A stretch of 32,000 nt of DNA from assembly GCF_018398935.1 (NCBI RefSeq), contig NZ_CP074694.1, positions 5,820,001 through 5,852,000 of the forward strand, written 5' to 3'. Positions 1 to 7,772 of the stretch are shown here, piece by piece. The first letter of the stretch is position 1; each line of letters opens with the position of its first letter. Origin of the DNA: Telmatocola sphagniphila. Lineage in GTDB: Bacteria > Planctomycetota > Planctomycetia > Gemmatales > Gemmataceae. The notes under the pieces are model-generated. The model was not told the origin of the DNA. It did not search any database and was given only the letters and a program-made list of their open reading frames with translations. Both the position numbers and the translations under genes were made by a program.

Positions 1-130
1 TGAGCGCCCTAAGACGAGTTTGGGTCGATCCCGGTAGGGGGAGAAGAAATAGTGGCTTGCGACCGCGTAGGTAAGCCAGCCGGTTTTTTTCGATGTCCGC
101 CGCCTGACTTTGGCTGAATTCAGTTGTCAT
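1..130 (-). CDS. hypothetical protein, N-terminal fragment running off the left edge
   Basis: There is an ATG at 128-130 on the minus strand, and the frame stays open to position 1 (43 codons, MTTEFSQSQAADIEKNRLAYLRGRKPLF...). It lies 15 nt downstream of the stop of the 146..1828 gene on the same strand. It is absent from the ORF track because no stop falls in the window. I see no recognisable domain and no obvious SD. Confidence 0.25.
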   Translation of the reverse strand, partial: MTTEFSQSQAADIEKNRLAYLRGRKPLFLLPLPGSTQTRLRAL

Positions 131-145
131 GCGGATGAGATATGC

Positions 146-1828
146 CTAATAGCGACAAATGGCGAATGGTCTTCCTTCGGTAGCAACTTTCCAGACCACT
201 TTTTTATTTGAATCGAACTCGACGACCTCATTATGATTGCCCCCGGCTACCAGAACATTGCCATTGCGCATTTTCTGCAGACGGGTCACTTCGAAGTTGA
301 TGTTCTTATGTTCGAAGAGGGCTTTACCCGTGGCATCGACTTCGGCGTAGCCGTTGGCACTGTTGTAATAACCAATCAGAAAATGCTGATTCGGTAGAAC
401 CTGAAACCCTCCCCAGCCCTGCATCTTCGCAATCGGGATCGTCCGCAGAATTTTGTTGCTGGGATCCAGTTCAGTCAATCCGGAATCGCCTAGCACGAAA
501 GTATGCCCCCGTTTATCGCGATGCACCTGATAAATCTGATTGGGAAGATTCGGAAATTCGCCCAATCTCTTTCCACTGCGATCAAACTCCATCACTCCTT
601 GATGAGTGGAGACCAGGGTATTTCCATTCGGGAGTCGTTGAGCACTGGTAGCATTCCCTCCTAAAGGCGGGCTCTTCCAGACAATGTCTCCTTTGCGGTT
701 TCGTTCGGTCACCTGCGAGGTGTAGTACTCGGCGATGAGGATATTACCGTTGGGGAGAGCCTGCACATCCACCGGGCCGCCGCAGTTTCGCAGTTCCCAG
801 GTTTTCTTTCCTTCACGATCAACTTCGAAGACGCGATTTCCGGGATTGCCATCGACTTCGCCGATTAGCGTCAGACCGCGCAGAGCGGGTTCAGAAGTTA
901 GACGCGTCAGTGGAATTTTCTCGCCGTTTTTGTTCCACCAGTCCAGCCAGGCGGCTTTCGATTTTTGTCGGGCTTCCGGGGTGTCTGCCGTTAGTACGAA
1001 TGGGATTTTCTCGCCATCGTAAAGTCGGCAGAGTTGATCTTCGATTAACAGCGCGATTTCAAAGGGAGAGTTTTCGAACAGCGAAATAAAAGGGACGACC
1101 TTATCCTTTTGTCCCACGCGAATCAACTCCAGATAAGCATGGAAGCGGATTTCTGTACTGGGGTCGGCCGTGAGCGGTTCGAGAAGTTTGATCTCGGCCG
1201 GGAAGCATTTTGCCAGAACTTCAACCCCGACTTGCCGGACCCAGATGTAGCGATGCTTCAGGAACGACTGGAGTCTAATGTCGGAACCGGGAGTTTTCGG
1301 AAGTACCTTCAGCAGGCATTCCTGAAGGCGATCGCGAAGGGAACGCTCTTCACCCAGTATCTCGACCATTTGAAAGAGCGGCTCGATTTGCTCGAGTTTC
1401 AAGGCCGATTGTTTTTCCAACATATCCAACGCGGCGTGTTGCTTGTTCCGATATTCCGCCGCCTTCAGAGCGCGCTGAATCCGCAGGGTCTGCCGTTGAA
1501 CTTCCGGTTCCGGTGATTCCAGCCCTGGCATCAGAGGATTCAAAACGATCGGCCCCATGCGAATCATCTCTTCGTAGGCCGCGTCTCGTATCTCGAATTG
1601 ATCATTCCCAAAATTTTGAAGGAGTTGGCGTATCCGCGCTATTTCCTTGTCCGTGGGGATTCCTTTCTGAAGAAAGCCCGAAGCCTCCTCGACTGTTCGA
1701 AAAGACGGAATCTTGGCAATCTCCCTTAACGGTGGTGAGACGGGGGGAGTGAAAGCAAAAGCGGGGAAGATTAATCCAAGCAGCAAGAGGGTCAAGAGAA
1801 TCAGCGAACGACGATGCGCGAGGATCAT
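146..1828 (-). CDS. secreted HEAT-like repeat / beta-propeller (PQQ/NHL-like) protein
   Basis: 560-aa ORF with AGGAG 8 nt upstream of the ATG. The N-terminus is a hydrophobic signal sequence (MILAHRRSLILLTLLLLGLIFPAFA). The helical N-terminal half has HEAT-like periodicity. The C-terminal half carries repeated blade motifs (LPNGNILIAE, LPNGNTLVST, MRNGNVLVAGG with ...VEFD...G..VW). Confidence 0.7.
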   Translation of the reverse strand: MILAHRRSLILLTLLLLGLIFPAFAFTPPVSPPLREIAKIPSFRTVEEASGFLQKGIPTDKEIARIRQLLQNFGNDQFEIRDAAYEEMIRMGPIVLNPLMPGLESPEPEVQRQTLRIQRALKAAEYRNKQHAALDMLEKQSALKLEQIEPLFQMVEILGEERSLRDRLQECLLKVLPKTPGSDIRLQSFLKHRYIWVRQVGVEVLAKCFPAEIKLLEPLTADPSTEIRFHAYLELIRVGQKDKVVPFISLFENSPFEIALLIEDQLCRLYDGEKIPFVLTADTPEARQKSKAAWLDWWNKNGEKIPLTRLTSEPALRGLTLIGEVDGNPGNRVFEVDREGKKTWELRNCGGPVDVQALPNGNILIAEYYTSQVTERNRKGDIVWKSPPLGGNATSAQRLPNGNTLVSTHQGVMEFDRSGKRLGEFPNLPNQIYQVHRDKRGHTFVLGDSGLTELDPSNKILRTIPIAKMQGWGGFQVLPNQHFLIGYYNSANGYAEVDATGKALFEHKNINFEVTRLQKMRNGNVLVAGGNHNEVVEFDSNKKVVWKVATEGRPFAICRY

Positions 1829-1938
1829 GCCGACACTCCTGAACGATCACCTCGGGGCTATCGTCAGTTAGATAGAATCAAGAGAACGATTCTAACAGGA
1901 TGCGGATGGAAATTCGAGCAATTACTGGCAGGTCCGGA

Positions 1939-3291
1939 ATGAGAATATTCTTTTGTTTGTTCCTGCTATTGGTCCCAGGGAGGTCTGAATGTCTGGAAGC
2001 GCAACTTCCTCGGGAGGCCGTGGGCTGGATTCATGCGGATAACGATCTGCTCGGCACCGGCTTCCTGATCGATTTGGAAAAGAAGCGGATGCTCAGCTGC
2101 TATCACTGCGTCGGCGAAGCCAAAGGGCTCGAAGTATTCTTCCCGGTGCGAGACAAAGACGAACTTCTTGCGGATAAAAACTATTATCTGAGCCATCGCA
2201 CCGAGTTGCGAAAAAGCGGGCATCTGATACCCGGCAAAGTGATCCGAAAATCTTTAAGCCGGGACCTGGCATTAATTGAACTCGCGGAGTTGCCACCCGG
2301 CGCACAGAAAGTCTCTTTCGCATCGAGAGCGGCGTCGCCGTCCGAATCGATTCGAACCGTCGGCCATCGCTATGATGCCGAATCGCTCTGGAATGTTACC
2401 CAAGGAGTGTTGCGACAATCGGCCCGACAGGAGGGCTACTTCTGGCAGGGACAGAAACTGGCCCAAAATGCCCACGCTCTATTTCTTCAATTACCCGTGA
2501 ATACCGGCGATAGCGGCGGGCCGTTGTTAAATTCTCAAAATCAGGTCATCGGTATTACTTCCGCCGTGCGTTGGCGAACGGGTGGAATTGCAATAGGTAT
2601 TGGCTGGGAGGAGATCCGATCTTTTCTCGATCAACCGGCGAGTGATAGCCCTACTACGAAGGCTCTCTACGAAGCTGTTGCCCAATCGACGCTTTGGGTG
2701 AATCCCGCCGCGACGGAATTTCGTCATGCCGGTTTTCTGGTCGATGCCCAAAAAGGATGGATCTTAACAACATCAAAAGCCGTGGAAGGATTAGAGAAAA
2801 CGGAAGTGGTTTTTCCTCTGGCCGATGCTTCACGAGCGGAGCGCTTTCAAAAAAAGCTGTATGAAGTTCCTGGCACAGTCCCCCGATATACAGTTCGGGT
2901 GCGAAAAGTGGATCTGGTACGCGACCTCGCGCTCCTGGAGTTGGAAGCTCCACTACCTTCCCGAAAAGCCGTGACTCTCGCGATCAAGGAACCGGCCGTG
3001 ACGGATCGGATCCATTCGATCAATCATCCTTTAGGGGTCGATTGCCTTTGGCTCTATTCGCAAGGGAATGTGAGGCAGAAGACCCGACTGACTGTAGAGA
3101 AGCCTGAAGCAATCGAGTTCCGGGTTCTTCTCCTGCAAATGCCGACACAGGGCTCCTCGCCGGGCGGACCCGTGTATAACGATGCGGGCGAAGTAGTGGG
3201 GTTAGTTTTGAATCGCGAATCGGCCCAGCAGCAGATCGGATACGCGATCACCGCGGCGGAGATTCGAGAGTTTCTGAAAGAGAAAAAGTAA
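1939..3291 (+). CDS. secreted tandem trypsin-like (S1/S1C-type) serine protease; the second domain is catalytically dead
   Basis: The ORF is open from ATG 1900. ATG 1939 gives a clean signal peptide (MRIFFCLFLLLVPGRSEC). Domain 1 has His (SCYHCVGE), Asp (RDLALIEL) and Ser (NTGDSGGPLLN, AGC at 2512-2514). Domain 2 repeats the fold (GFLVD..., RDLALLEL), but the His position is K (TTSKAVEG) and GDSGGP is replaced by SSPGGP. Confidence 0.8.
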   Translation: MRIFFCLFLLLVPGRSECLEAQLPREAVGWIHADNDLLGTGFLIDLEKKRMLSCYHCVGEAKGLEVFFPVRDKDELLADKNYYLSHRTELRKSGHLIPGKVIRKSLSRDLALIELAELPPGAQKVSFASRAASPSESIRTVGHRYDAESLWNVTQGVLRQSARQEGYFWQGQKLAQNAHALFLQLPVNTGDSGGPLLNSQNQVIGITSAVRWRTGGIAIGIGWEEIRSFLDQPASDSPTTKALYEAVAQSTLWVNPAATEFRHAGFLVDAQKGWILTTSKAVEGLEKTEVVFPLADASRAERFQKKLYEVPGTVPRYTVRVRKVDLVRDLALLELEAPLPSRKAVTLAIKEPAVTDRIHSINHPLGVDCLWLYSQGNVRQKTRLTVEKPEAIEFRVLLLQMPTQGSSPGGPVYNDAGEVVGLVLNRESAQQQIGYAITAAEIREFLKEKK

Positions 3292-3298
3292 ACGAAAA

Positions 3299-3322
3299 AC
3301 GGATGCCAAGTTTGGCATCCGT
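3299..3322. terminator. bidirectional rho-independent terminator between convergent genes
   Basis: ACGGATGCCAA-GT-TTGGCATCCGT forms perfect 11-bp arms. The hairpin is followed by T-rich sequence on the plus strand (GTTAGTAATTTT) and by GTTTTTCGTTT on the minus strand. Confidence 0.8.
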
Positions 3323-3349
3323 TAGTAATTTTCGAGTTTTGAACGCGGC

Positions 3350-3859
3350 TTAGGCGAGGGCTTCCAGATGGGTCTTGATTCGGTTCACCGGGAGCTTTTC
3401 GCGTCGGGCCAATTCATTCCGGCAAGCCGTCAGCAGTTCCTGACGTAGTTCCCAGTTGCTCAATCCCACCGAATCCCAAGCTTTGATAGTTTCGCTGGTG
3501 GCCGGGTTCAAGCGGGCAATTTTTGTTAACCAGGTGATTCCCGCATCGAGTGTGATGTGGGTGGTCTTCGGGTGATGCCAGGCAATATGAGTGGCCAGGC
3601 AACCGCGCGGCATGGCATGAGTGAACATCCCATGTATCAGCAGCGGGCTAGCTTGTTCCAATAATTCCGATACGCGGTCCAGTCCCGAAATAGTAACGTT
3701 CGGGAGCCAGACTTCGCGAAACTCTTCAAGGCAGCGTGTCCAAGGCATGTCCATCTCCTGACGAAAACGGGACGTCCATTCCAAATGCAGTCGGCATCTC
3801 GCCGTGGGGTTTATGTCGGGAACACTGGCTTTGTCGAAGACCGCGAAAGGCCTTGACAA
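3350..3859 (-). CDS. hypothetical protein (start uncertain)
   Basis: 169-aa ORF from a TTG at 3859. In-frame ATGs lie at 3754 and 3748, and the 3748 ATG has AGGAG 6 nt upstream. The terminator hairpin sits about 30 nt downstream. I recognise no domain. Confidence 0.5.
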   Translation of the reverse strand: MSRPFAVFDKASVPDINPTARCRLHLEWTSRFRQEMDMPWTRCLEEFREVWLPNVTISGLDRVSELLEQASPLLIHGMFTHAMPRGCLATHIAWHHPKTTHITLDAGITWLTKIARLNPATSETIKAWDSVGLSNWELRQELLTACRNELARREKLPVNRIKTHLEALA

Positions 3860-3934
3860 AAGGGGTGATAGTGAAAACTCTAAGAGATGATTTTTTCCAT
3901 CGCTCAGATAGTGTCCCCAACAGGTAAGACAATC

Positions 3935-3961
3935 ATATTAGCCACCATTGATGCTTGTCAA
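3935..3961 (-). promoter_or_regulatory. putative sigma70-type promoter for the 3350..3859 gene
   Basis: On the minus strand, TTGACA (3961-3956) is followed by a 15-nt spacer and TAATAT (3940-3935). The spacer is at the short end of the usual range. Confidence 0.3.
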
Positions 3962-4144
3962 GGCGCTACTTGGGCTTTTTCCTAAAGTAAATATTCAAAA
4001 TGACTTGCGTTTGAAAATATGGTTAATTTTGGAGGTAAAAAAGGGGCAAAATGGGTATCTAAAACCCGCGCTAACAAGAGACTATAAGAACAAGTTCCGA
4101 AAAACAAACTTTTATGCGCTTGAATGTGCGAATGTTATTGTAAT

Positions 4145-4174
4145 GGGGGAAAATATTTGAGAGTATTCTCCCCC
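4145..4174 (-). terminator. hairpin immediately downstream of ilvC
   Basis: GGGGGAAAATA...TATTCTCCCCC is an inverted repeat with one mismatch, lying 14 nt past the ilvC stop at 4188. The U-tract on the minus strand is weak. Confidence 0.5.
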
Positions 4175-4187
4175 ACATATTTCCGAA

Positions 4188-5243
4188 CTACTTCTTTTCC
4201 TGACGTTCGGGACGCAAAGCCCTCACGGCCACGCCCGCTCGCCACATTTCACTATCCGCAATCGCTTTCAGCTCTTTCTCGAGATTTACTCGATAATCCG
4301 GACGGCTATTCGCCTCCAGTGTTCGGCGGGTTTCTTCCCCGGTTTCGACACTGTGATAGAGCTGTTCGAACACTGGTTTCGAAGCGTCGCGGAACTTGGT
4401 GAACCAGTCCAGCGCGCCGCGTTGAGCGGTAGTGGAGCAGTTGGCGTACATCCAATCCATACCCTTCTCCGCGATCAGCGGGTAAAGGCTTTGCGTGGCC
4501 TCTTCCACTGTTTCGTTGAATGCTTCGGAGGGGCTGTGTCCTTTGGCTCGCAGCACTTCGTACTGCGCCAGCCAGAGGCCGTAGATGGCCCCCATCAGTA
4601 CACCGCGTTCTCCGGTGAGATCGCTGAAGACTTCTTTTCGGGCCGTGGTTTCGAACAGATAGCCGGAGCCGATGGCGATGCCCAGAGCCAGGCAGCGTTC
4701 GCGTGCCCGGCCCGTAGCGTCCTGATGCACCACAAAACTCGAATTAATCCCCCGGCCTTCGAGGAAGTGCTTGCGGACCGTGGTACCCGAGCCTTTGGGG
4801 GCTACCAGAATCACATCGATATCCTTGGGAGGAATGACGCCGGTCTGGTCGTGATAGACCAGCGAGAAGCCGTGCGAAAAATAGAGGGCCTTACCAGCCG
4901 TCAGATGCGGCTTGAGTTTCGGCCAGAAGTCTTTCTGACCGGCATCCGAAAGCAAATACTGAATAATGGTGCCTTTTTCAGCGGCTTCTTCCAGTGGAAA
5001 GAGGGTTTTGCCGGGAACCCAGCCATCTTCGAGAGCGAGAGCCCAGCCGGCGGAATTGGGACGCAGACCGATGATGACCTTCAAGCCGTTATCTCGCATG
5101 TTCAGCGACTGACCCCGGCCCTGTACGCCGTAGCCCAGAACCGCGACGGTTTCGTTGCCGAGAATGCTTTTGATTTTCTCAGGGGGATAGTCCGAGCGTT
5201 CGACGGCCTGTTCCACAAAATCGTTGATTCGAATTTCTTTCAT
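4188..5243 (-). CDS. ilvC: ketol-acid reductoisomerase
   Basis: The start is trimmed to the ATG at 5243 (MKEIRINDFVEQ...). The upstream 72 codons of the track ORF are Arg/Ser-rich junk running into the marR promoter. Supporting motifs are the Rossmann segment VAVLGYGVQGRGQSLNMRDNGL, then SHGF, VAPKGSG..VR and DLTGERGVLMG. The product is 351 aa. Confidence 0.85.
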   Translation of the reverse strand: MKEIRINDFVEQAVERSDYPPEKIKSILGNETVAVLGYGVQGRGQSLNMRDNGLKVIIGLRPNSAGWALALEDGWVPGKTLFPLEEAAEKGTIIQYLLSDAGQKDFWPKLKPHLTAGKALYFSHGFSLVYHDQTGVIPPKDIDVILVAPKGSGTTVRKHFLEGRGINSSFVVHQDATGRARERCLALGIAIGSGYLFETTARKEVFSDLTGERGVLMGAIYGLWLAQYEVLRAKGHSPSEAFNETVEEATQSLYPLIAEKGMDWMYANCSTTAQRGALDWFTKFRDASKPVFEQLYHSVETGEETRRTLEANSRPDYRVNLEKELKAIADSEMWRAGVAVRALRPERQEKK

Positions 5244-5268
5244 CGGATGTTCCCTCACGGAATCGGAA

Positions 5269-5352
5269 AAGTATCTCGATATCAAGATATCTGGCAGACA
5301 TCTTCCTGTCAAGAATCTTGACATAAAGATACTTTTGTTTAACAATAGCGGT
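5269..5352. promoter_or_regulatory. divergent ilvC/marR control region with repeated operator-like boxes and a leaderless-type marR promoter
   Basis: There are two 21-bp direct-repeat boxes (5272-5292 TATCTCGATATCAAGATATCT; 5314-5334 AATCTTGACATAAAGATACTT), 15/21 identical and 42 bp apart. There are also palindromes: AGATATCT (5285-5292) and TCAAGAaTCTTGA (5309-5321). The promoter reads TTGACA (5317-5322), N18, AACAAT (5341-5346), with the ATG beginning 7 nt after the -10. Confidence 0.5.
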
Positions 5353-5841
5353 ATGGCCGATGATCTGATTGATCGAATGAACGCCGCCTGGCGGCAACAA
5401 CGACCCGATCTCGATCCCACTCCGCTCGAGAGTGTCGGCCGGGTCATCGTGCTCGCCAAGCACCTGGAAAAATCGGTGGAGGCAGCTCTCGAATCTCACG
5501 ATTTAAGCCTCGGCCAATTCGATATTTTGGCGACGCTACGGCGTCAGGGGGATGGCGGAAAATTGACGCCGGGGCAATTGATGGAAAGCGTTATGCTTTC
5601 CTCGGGAGGCATGACGAATCGACTCGATCGACTCGAAAAAGCCGAGTTGATTCAGCGTTATGCCGATCCGGACGATCGCCGGGGAGTGATGGTCGGCTTG
5701 ACGGCCAAAGGCAAAAAACTGATCGATGCCGCGACGAAAACGAGATTTGAAGAAGCCCGAAAATCGATGCCGCCGCTCACCGAACGGCAGACGGAACAAC
5801 TGATCGATTTGTTGCGCAAATGGCTGTTGCAGTTCTCTTAA
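5353..5841 (+). CDS. MarR family transcriptional regulator
   Basis: The start is trimmed to the ATG at 5353 (MADDLIDRMNAAW...). A winged-HTH MarR signature is present (LSLGQFDILATLRR..., LTPGQLMESVMLSSGGMTNRLDRLEKAELIQRYADPDDRRGVMVGLTAKGKKL). Confidence 0.85.
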   Translation: MADDLIDRMNAAWRQQRPDLDPTPLESVGRVIVLAKHLEKSVEAALESHDLSLGQFDILATLRRQGDGGKLTPGQLMESVMLSSGGMTNRLDRLEKAELIQRYADPDDRRGVMVGLTAKGKKLIDAATKTRFEEARKSMPPLTERQTEQLIDLLRKWLLQFS

Positions 5842-6761
5842 ATTTTCCGTCGGGCCAGTCCGACTTTCAGGCCCTTCAAAAACAGCTTCAGCTTTTCCAC
5901 TTTTCTCAGCTTGGGCCGCCGGGACAGCACGTCGTAATTCTGCTCTTCGATTTTGCGGAGAATTGCCAAACCCCCCTGTCGAAACAGTTCGATATCGATC
6001 CGTACCTTGCGCGGCAGCCGTGCAATAAGGGGTTGGCCTTCCATAAAAAACTGTTGGGCTCGATGCACTTCGAAGATCATCAGTTGTCGAAATTCCTGCG
6101 TAAAGTGCTTCTCCAGAATATCACTTTCGGCCACGCTGAAACGGAGAAGATCTTCTTCGGGAAGGTAGATTCTGTTCAGATTGTCGAAATCCCGCGCGAT
6201 ATCCTGCCAGAAATTAGTCAATTGCAGGCCGGTACAGATCAGATCAGAGAGCCGGGCATTTTCTTCGGTATAGGCTTCGCAAAGATATAGCACCAATCGG
6301 CCGACGGGATTCGCCGAGTTCTGGCAATATCCCAGCAGCTGTTCAAAGCTGGAATAGCGATTGATCAACTGATCCTGTTCGAAGGCAGTCAGCAGATTTA
6401 AAAAGGGTTCCCGGGGAATCTGAAACTGCTTAATCGTCTCGTTCAGTGCGACCATTACGGGATGCCAGGCTTCGTTCCGGTAGCAGGCTTCGAGTTGCTC
6501 CCGCCACCATTTCAGCAGTTCCAGCGCCTGCCGGGAGTCAGCAATTTCATCGCCCAGATTATCGGCCCAACGGCAGTAACTGTAAATCGCCTGGAAATGC
6601 GGAACTAATTTTCGGGGAAGGAGGTAGGAAACGACCGTGAAGTTTTCATAGGTGCATTGAGTGAGTTCCGCACAATACGCGCGGGCTTGCATCAAACTCA
6701 CTGGGATCGGGGCGGCGGCAGGACCATATTTCGCCAGATCCTGATGAAATTTCAAATCCAT
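5838..6761 (-). CDS. hpnC: squalene/phytoene synthase family protein, HpnC-like
   Basis: 307 aa. It carries the N-terminal YENFTVVSYLLPRK motif that I associate with HpnC. The Asp-rich motifs are RWADNLGDE and WQDIARDFD...RIYLPEED. The HpnC versus HpnD/CrtB assignment is from memory only. Confidence 0.6.
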   Translation of the reverse strand: MDLKFHQDLAKYGPAAAPIPVSLMQARAYCAELTQCTYENFTVVSYLLPRKLVPHFQAIYSYCRWADNLGDEIADSRQALELLKWWREQLEACYRNEAWHPVMVALNETIKQFQIPREPFLNLLTAFEQDQLINRYSSFEQLLGYCQNSANPVGRLVLYLCEAYTEENARLSDLICTGLQLTNFWQDIARDFDNLNRIYLPEEDLLRFSVAESDILEKHFTQEFRQLMIFEVHRAQQFFMEGQPLIARLPRKVRIDIELFRQGGLAILRKIEEQNYDVLSRRPKLRKVEKLKLFLKGLKVGLARRKI

Positions 6762-6809
6762 GATAGTTCAAGATAGCATTTTTTGTCGGGGACGAGATCG
6801 GCCTGAGTA

Positions 6810-7772
6810 TCATTCGTCGCGATTCTGAACGTACTGGTAGCCGAATCGGCCCTTAATGCAGAGATGGCCGTGAGTGACTTCCACATCCAGGGGCGAAGTC
6901 ACTTTCACGATCGAATTGTCCTGAACGTGTAAAGTCAGCGTGCAGCCTACGCCACAGAAGGAGCAGATGGTATCGGTCTGGGTCTGTTTGCTTTCATCCC
7001 AGGTGCCAGCGGCGCGCATGTCGAATTCGCTTTTGAACATGAGTGCACCGGTAGGGCAGACGCCGATACAGTTGCCGCAGTAGACGCAAGCTGAGTCGGG
7101 CAAAGGCACATCCGCTTCCGTCGAGATATGAGACTGAAATCCCCGCCCTGCAACAGCAATCGCGAACGTATTCTGCGCATCGGTGCCACAAGCTTCGACG
7201 CACTTATAGCAGAGAATGCACTTGGAGTAATCGCGAACGTATAAGTCGTTGTCGATCTTAACCGGAACCTGGGTCGTGCGGGCCTTCGTGCCATCGACGG
7301 CTTCTGCGTGATCGTGAGTTCTCGCAGATTCCTTTCGCGGCCCGTAGCGATCCGGCTTCGCGTCGTAGCGTTCGATGTAAGATTGGGCTTGCGGCGCGGT
7401 TGAGAGATCGACGGAAGAGCCGAGGAATTCCAATACCATTTTGCGGGCGAGCCGAACGCGCGGCGAATCGGTCTGGATGACCATCCCCGCTTCGATCTTG
7501 CGGGAGCAGGCCGGTACTAATGTCCGCGCCCCGGTCAATTCCACCACACATATCCGACAGACATTCACGGGAGTCAGATTTTCGAGAAAGCACAAAGTGG
7601 GCGTATCAATTCCCAACGAACGGGTCACGTCGAGAATAGTCGAAGTCTTGGGCGCTTGCACCGTTCGGCCGTCAATGGTGATATCCACCAGCTCGACCAC
7701 CGGTTCGGCGGGGGGTAACGGTATCCGCGTGGAAACGGGCGGAGCCTGAAACCAATAGCCGTCATTGCTCAT
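6810..7772 (-). CDS. formate dehydrogenase iron-sulfur module (NuoG/FdsA N-terminal-like: 2Fe-2S, 2x 4Fe-4S, FS0 4Fe-4S), encoded as a separate protein
   Basis: The Cys motifs are C-x10-C-x2-C-x13-C (2Fe-2S), CILCYKCVEAC and CVYCGNCIGVCP (ferredoxin-type), and CSFCGVGCTLTL...HLCIKG (Mo-bisPGD-family FS0 domain). The protein ends ...RFGYQYVQNRDE*. Its ATG overlaps the upstream stop (ATGA at 7769-7772). Confidence 0.9.
   Translation of the reverse strand: MSNDGYWFQAPPVSTRIPLPPAEPVVELVDITIDGRTVQAPKTSTILDVTRSLGIDTPTLCFLENLTPVNVCRICVVELTGARTLVPACSRKIEAGMVIQTDSPRVRLARKMVLEFLGSSVDLSTAPQAQSYIERYDAKPDRYGPRKESARTHDHAEAVDGTKARTTQVPVKIDNDLYVRDYSKCILCYKCVEACGTDAQNTFAIAVAGRGFQSHISTEADVPLPDSACVYCGNCIGVCPTGALMFKSEFDMRAAGTWDESKQTQTDTICSFCGVGCTLTLHVQDNSIVKVTSPLDVEVTHGHLCIKGRFGYQYVQNRDE

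Noticed and set aside
1873-1894. A 7-bp inverted repeat, TAGAATC-N8-GATTCTA, in the divergent promoter region between the HEAT/propeller gene and the protease gene.
   Set aside because: It is too short to distinguish from chance. It may simply contain a TAGAAT -10-like element. I have no supporting evidence for a regulator.
3851-3963. A 9-bp inverted repeat, CCTTGACAA (3851-3859) / TTGTCAAGG (3955-3963), about 95 nt apart.
   Set aside because: The arms are widely separated, and each one simply contains a TTGACA-like hexamer. A promoter-like word occurring twice is a more economical explanation than a structured element.
4353-5321. A 322-aa ORF antisense to ilvC. Similar long antisense ORFs occur at 19757..20692 (OYE), 18032..18808 and 18890..19552 (kamA), 24097..24807 (S41 protease), 8189..8623 and 9853..10383 (FDH genes).
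   Set aside because: The ilvC and OYE cases, which I checked, are in the codon-aligned frame opposite a strongly supported gene, and I assume the same for the others. None shows recognisable motifs. They appear to be a by-product of this genome's codon bias against TTA/CTA/TCA.
5244-5459. N-terminal extensions of ilvC (to 5459) and of marR (from 5224) as given in the ORF track.
   Set aside because: The extensions overlap each other and cover the promoter/operator region. The extra residues are low-complexity, with no similarity to KARI or MarR N-termini. Conserved domains begin right after the internal ATGs at 5243 and 5353.
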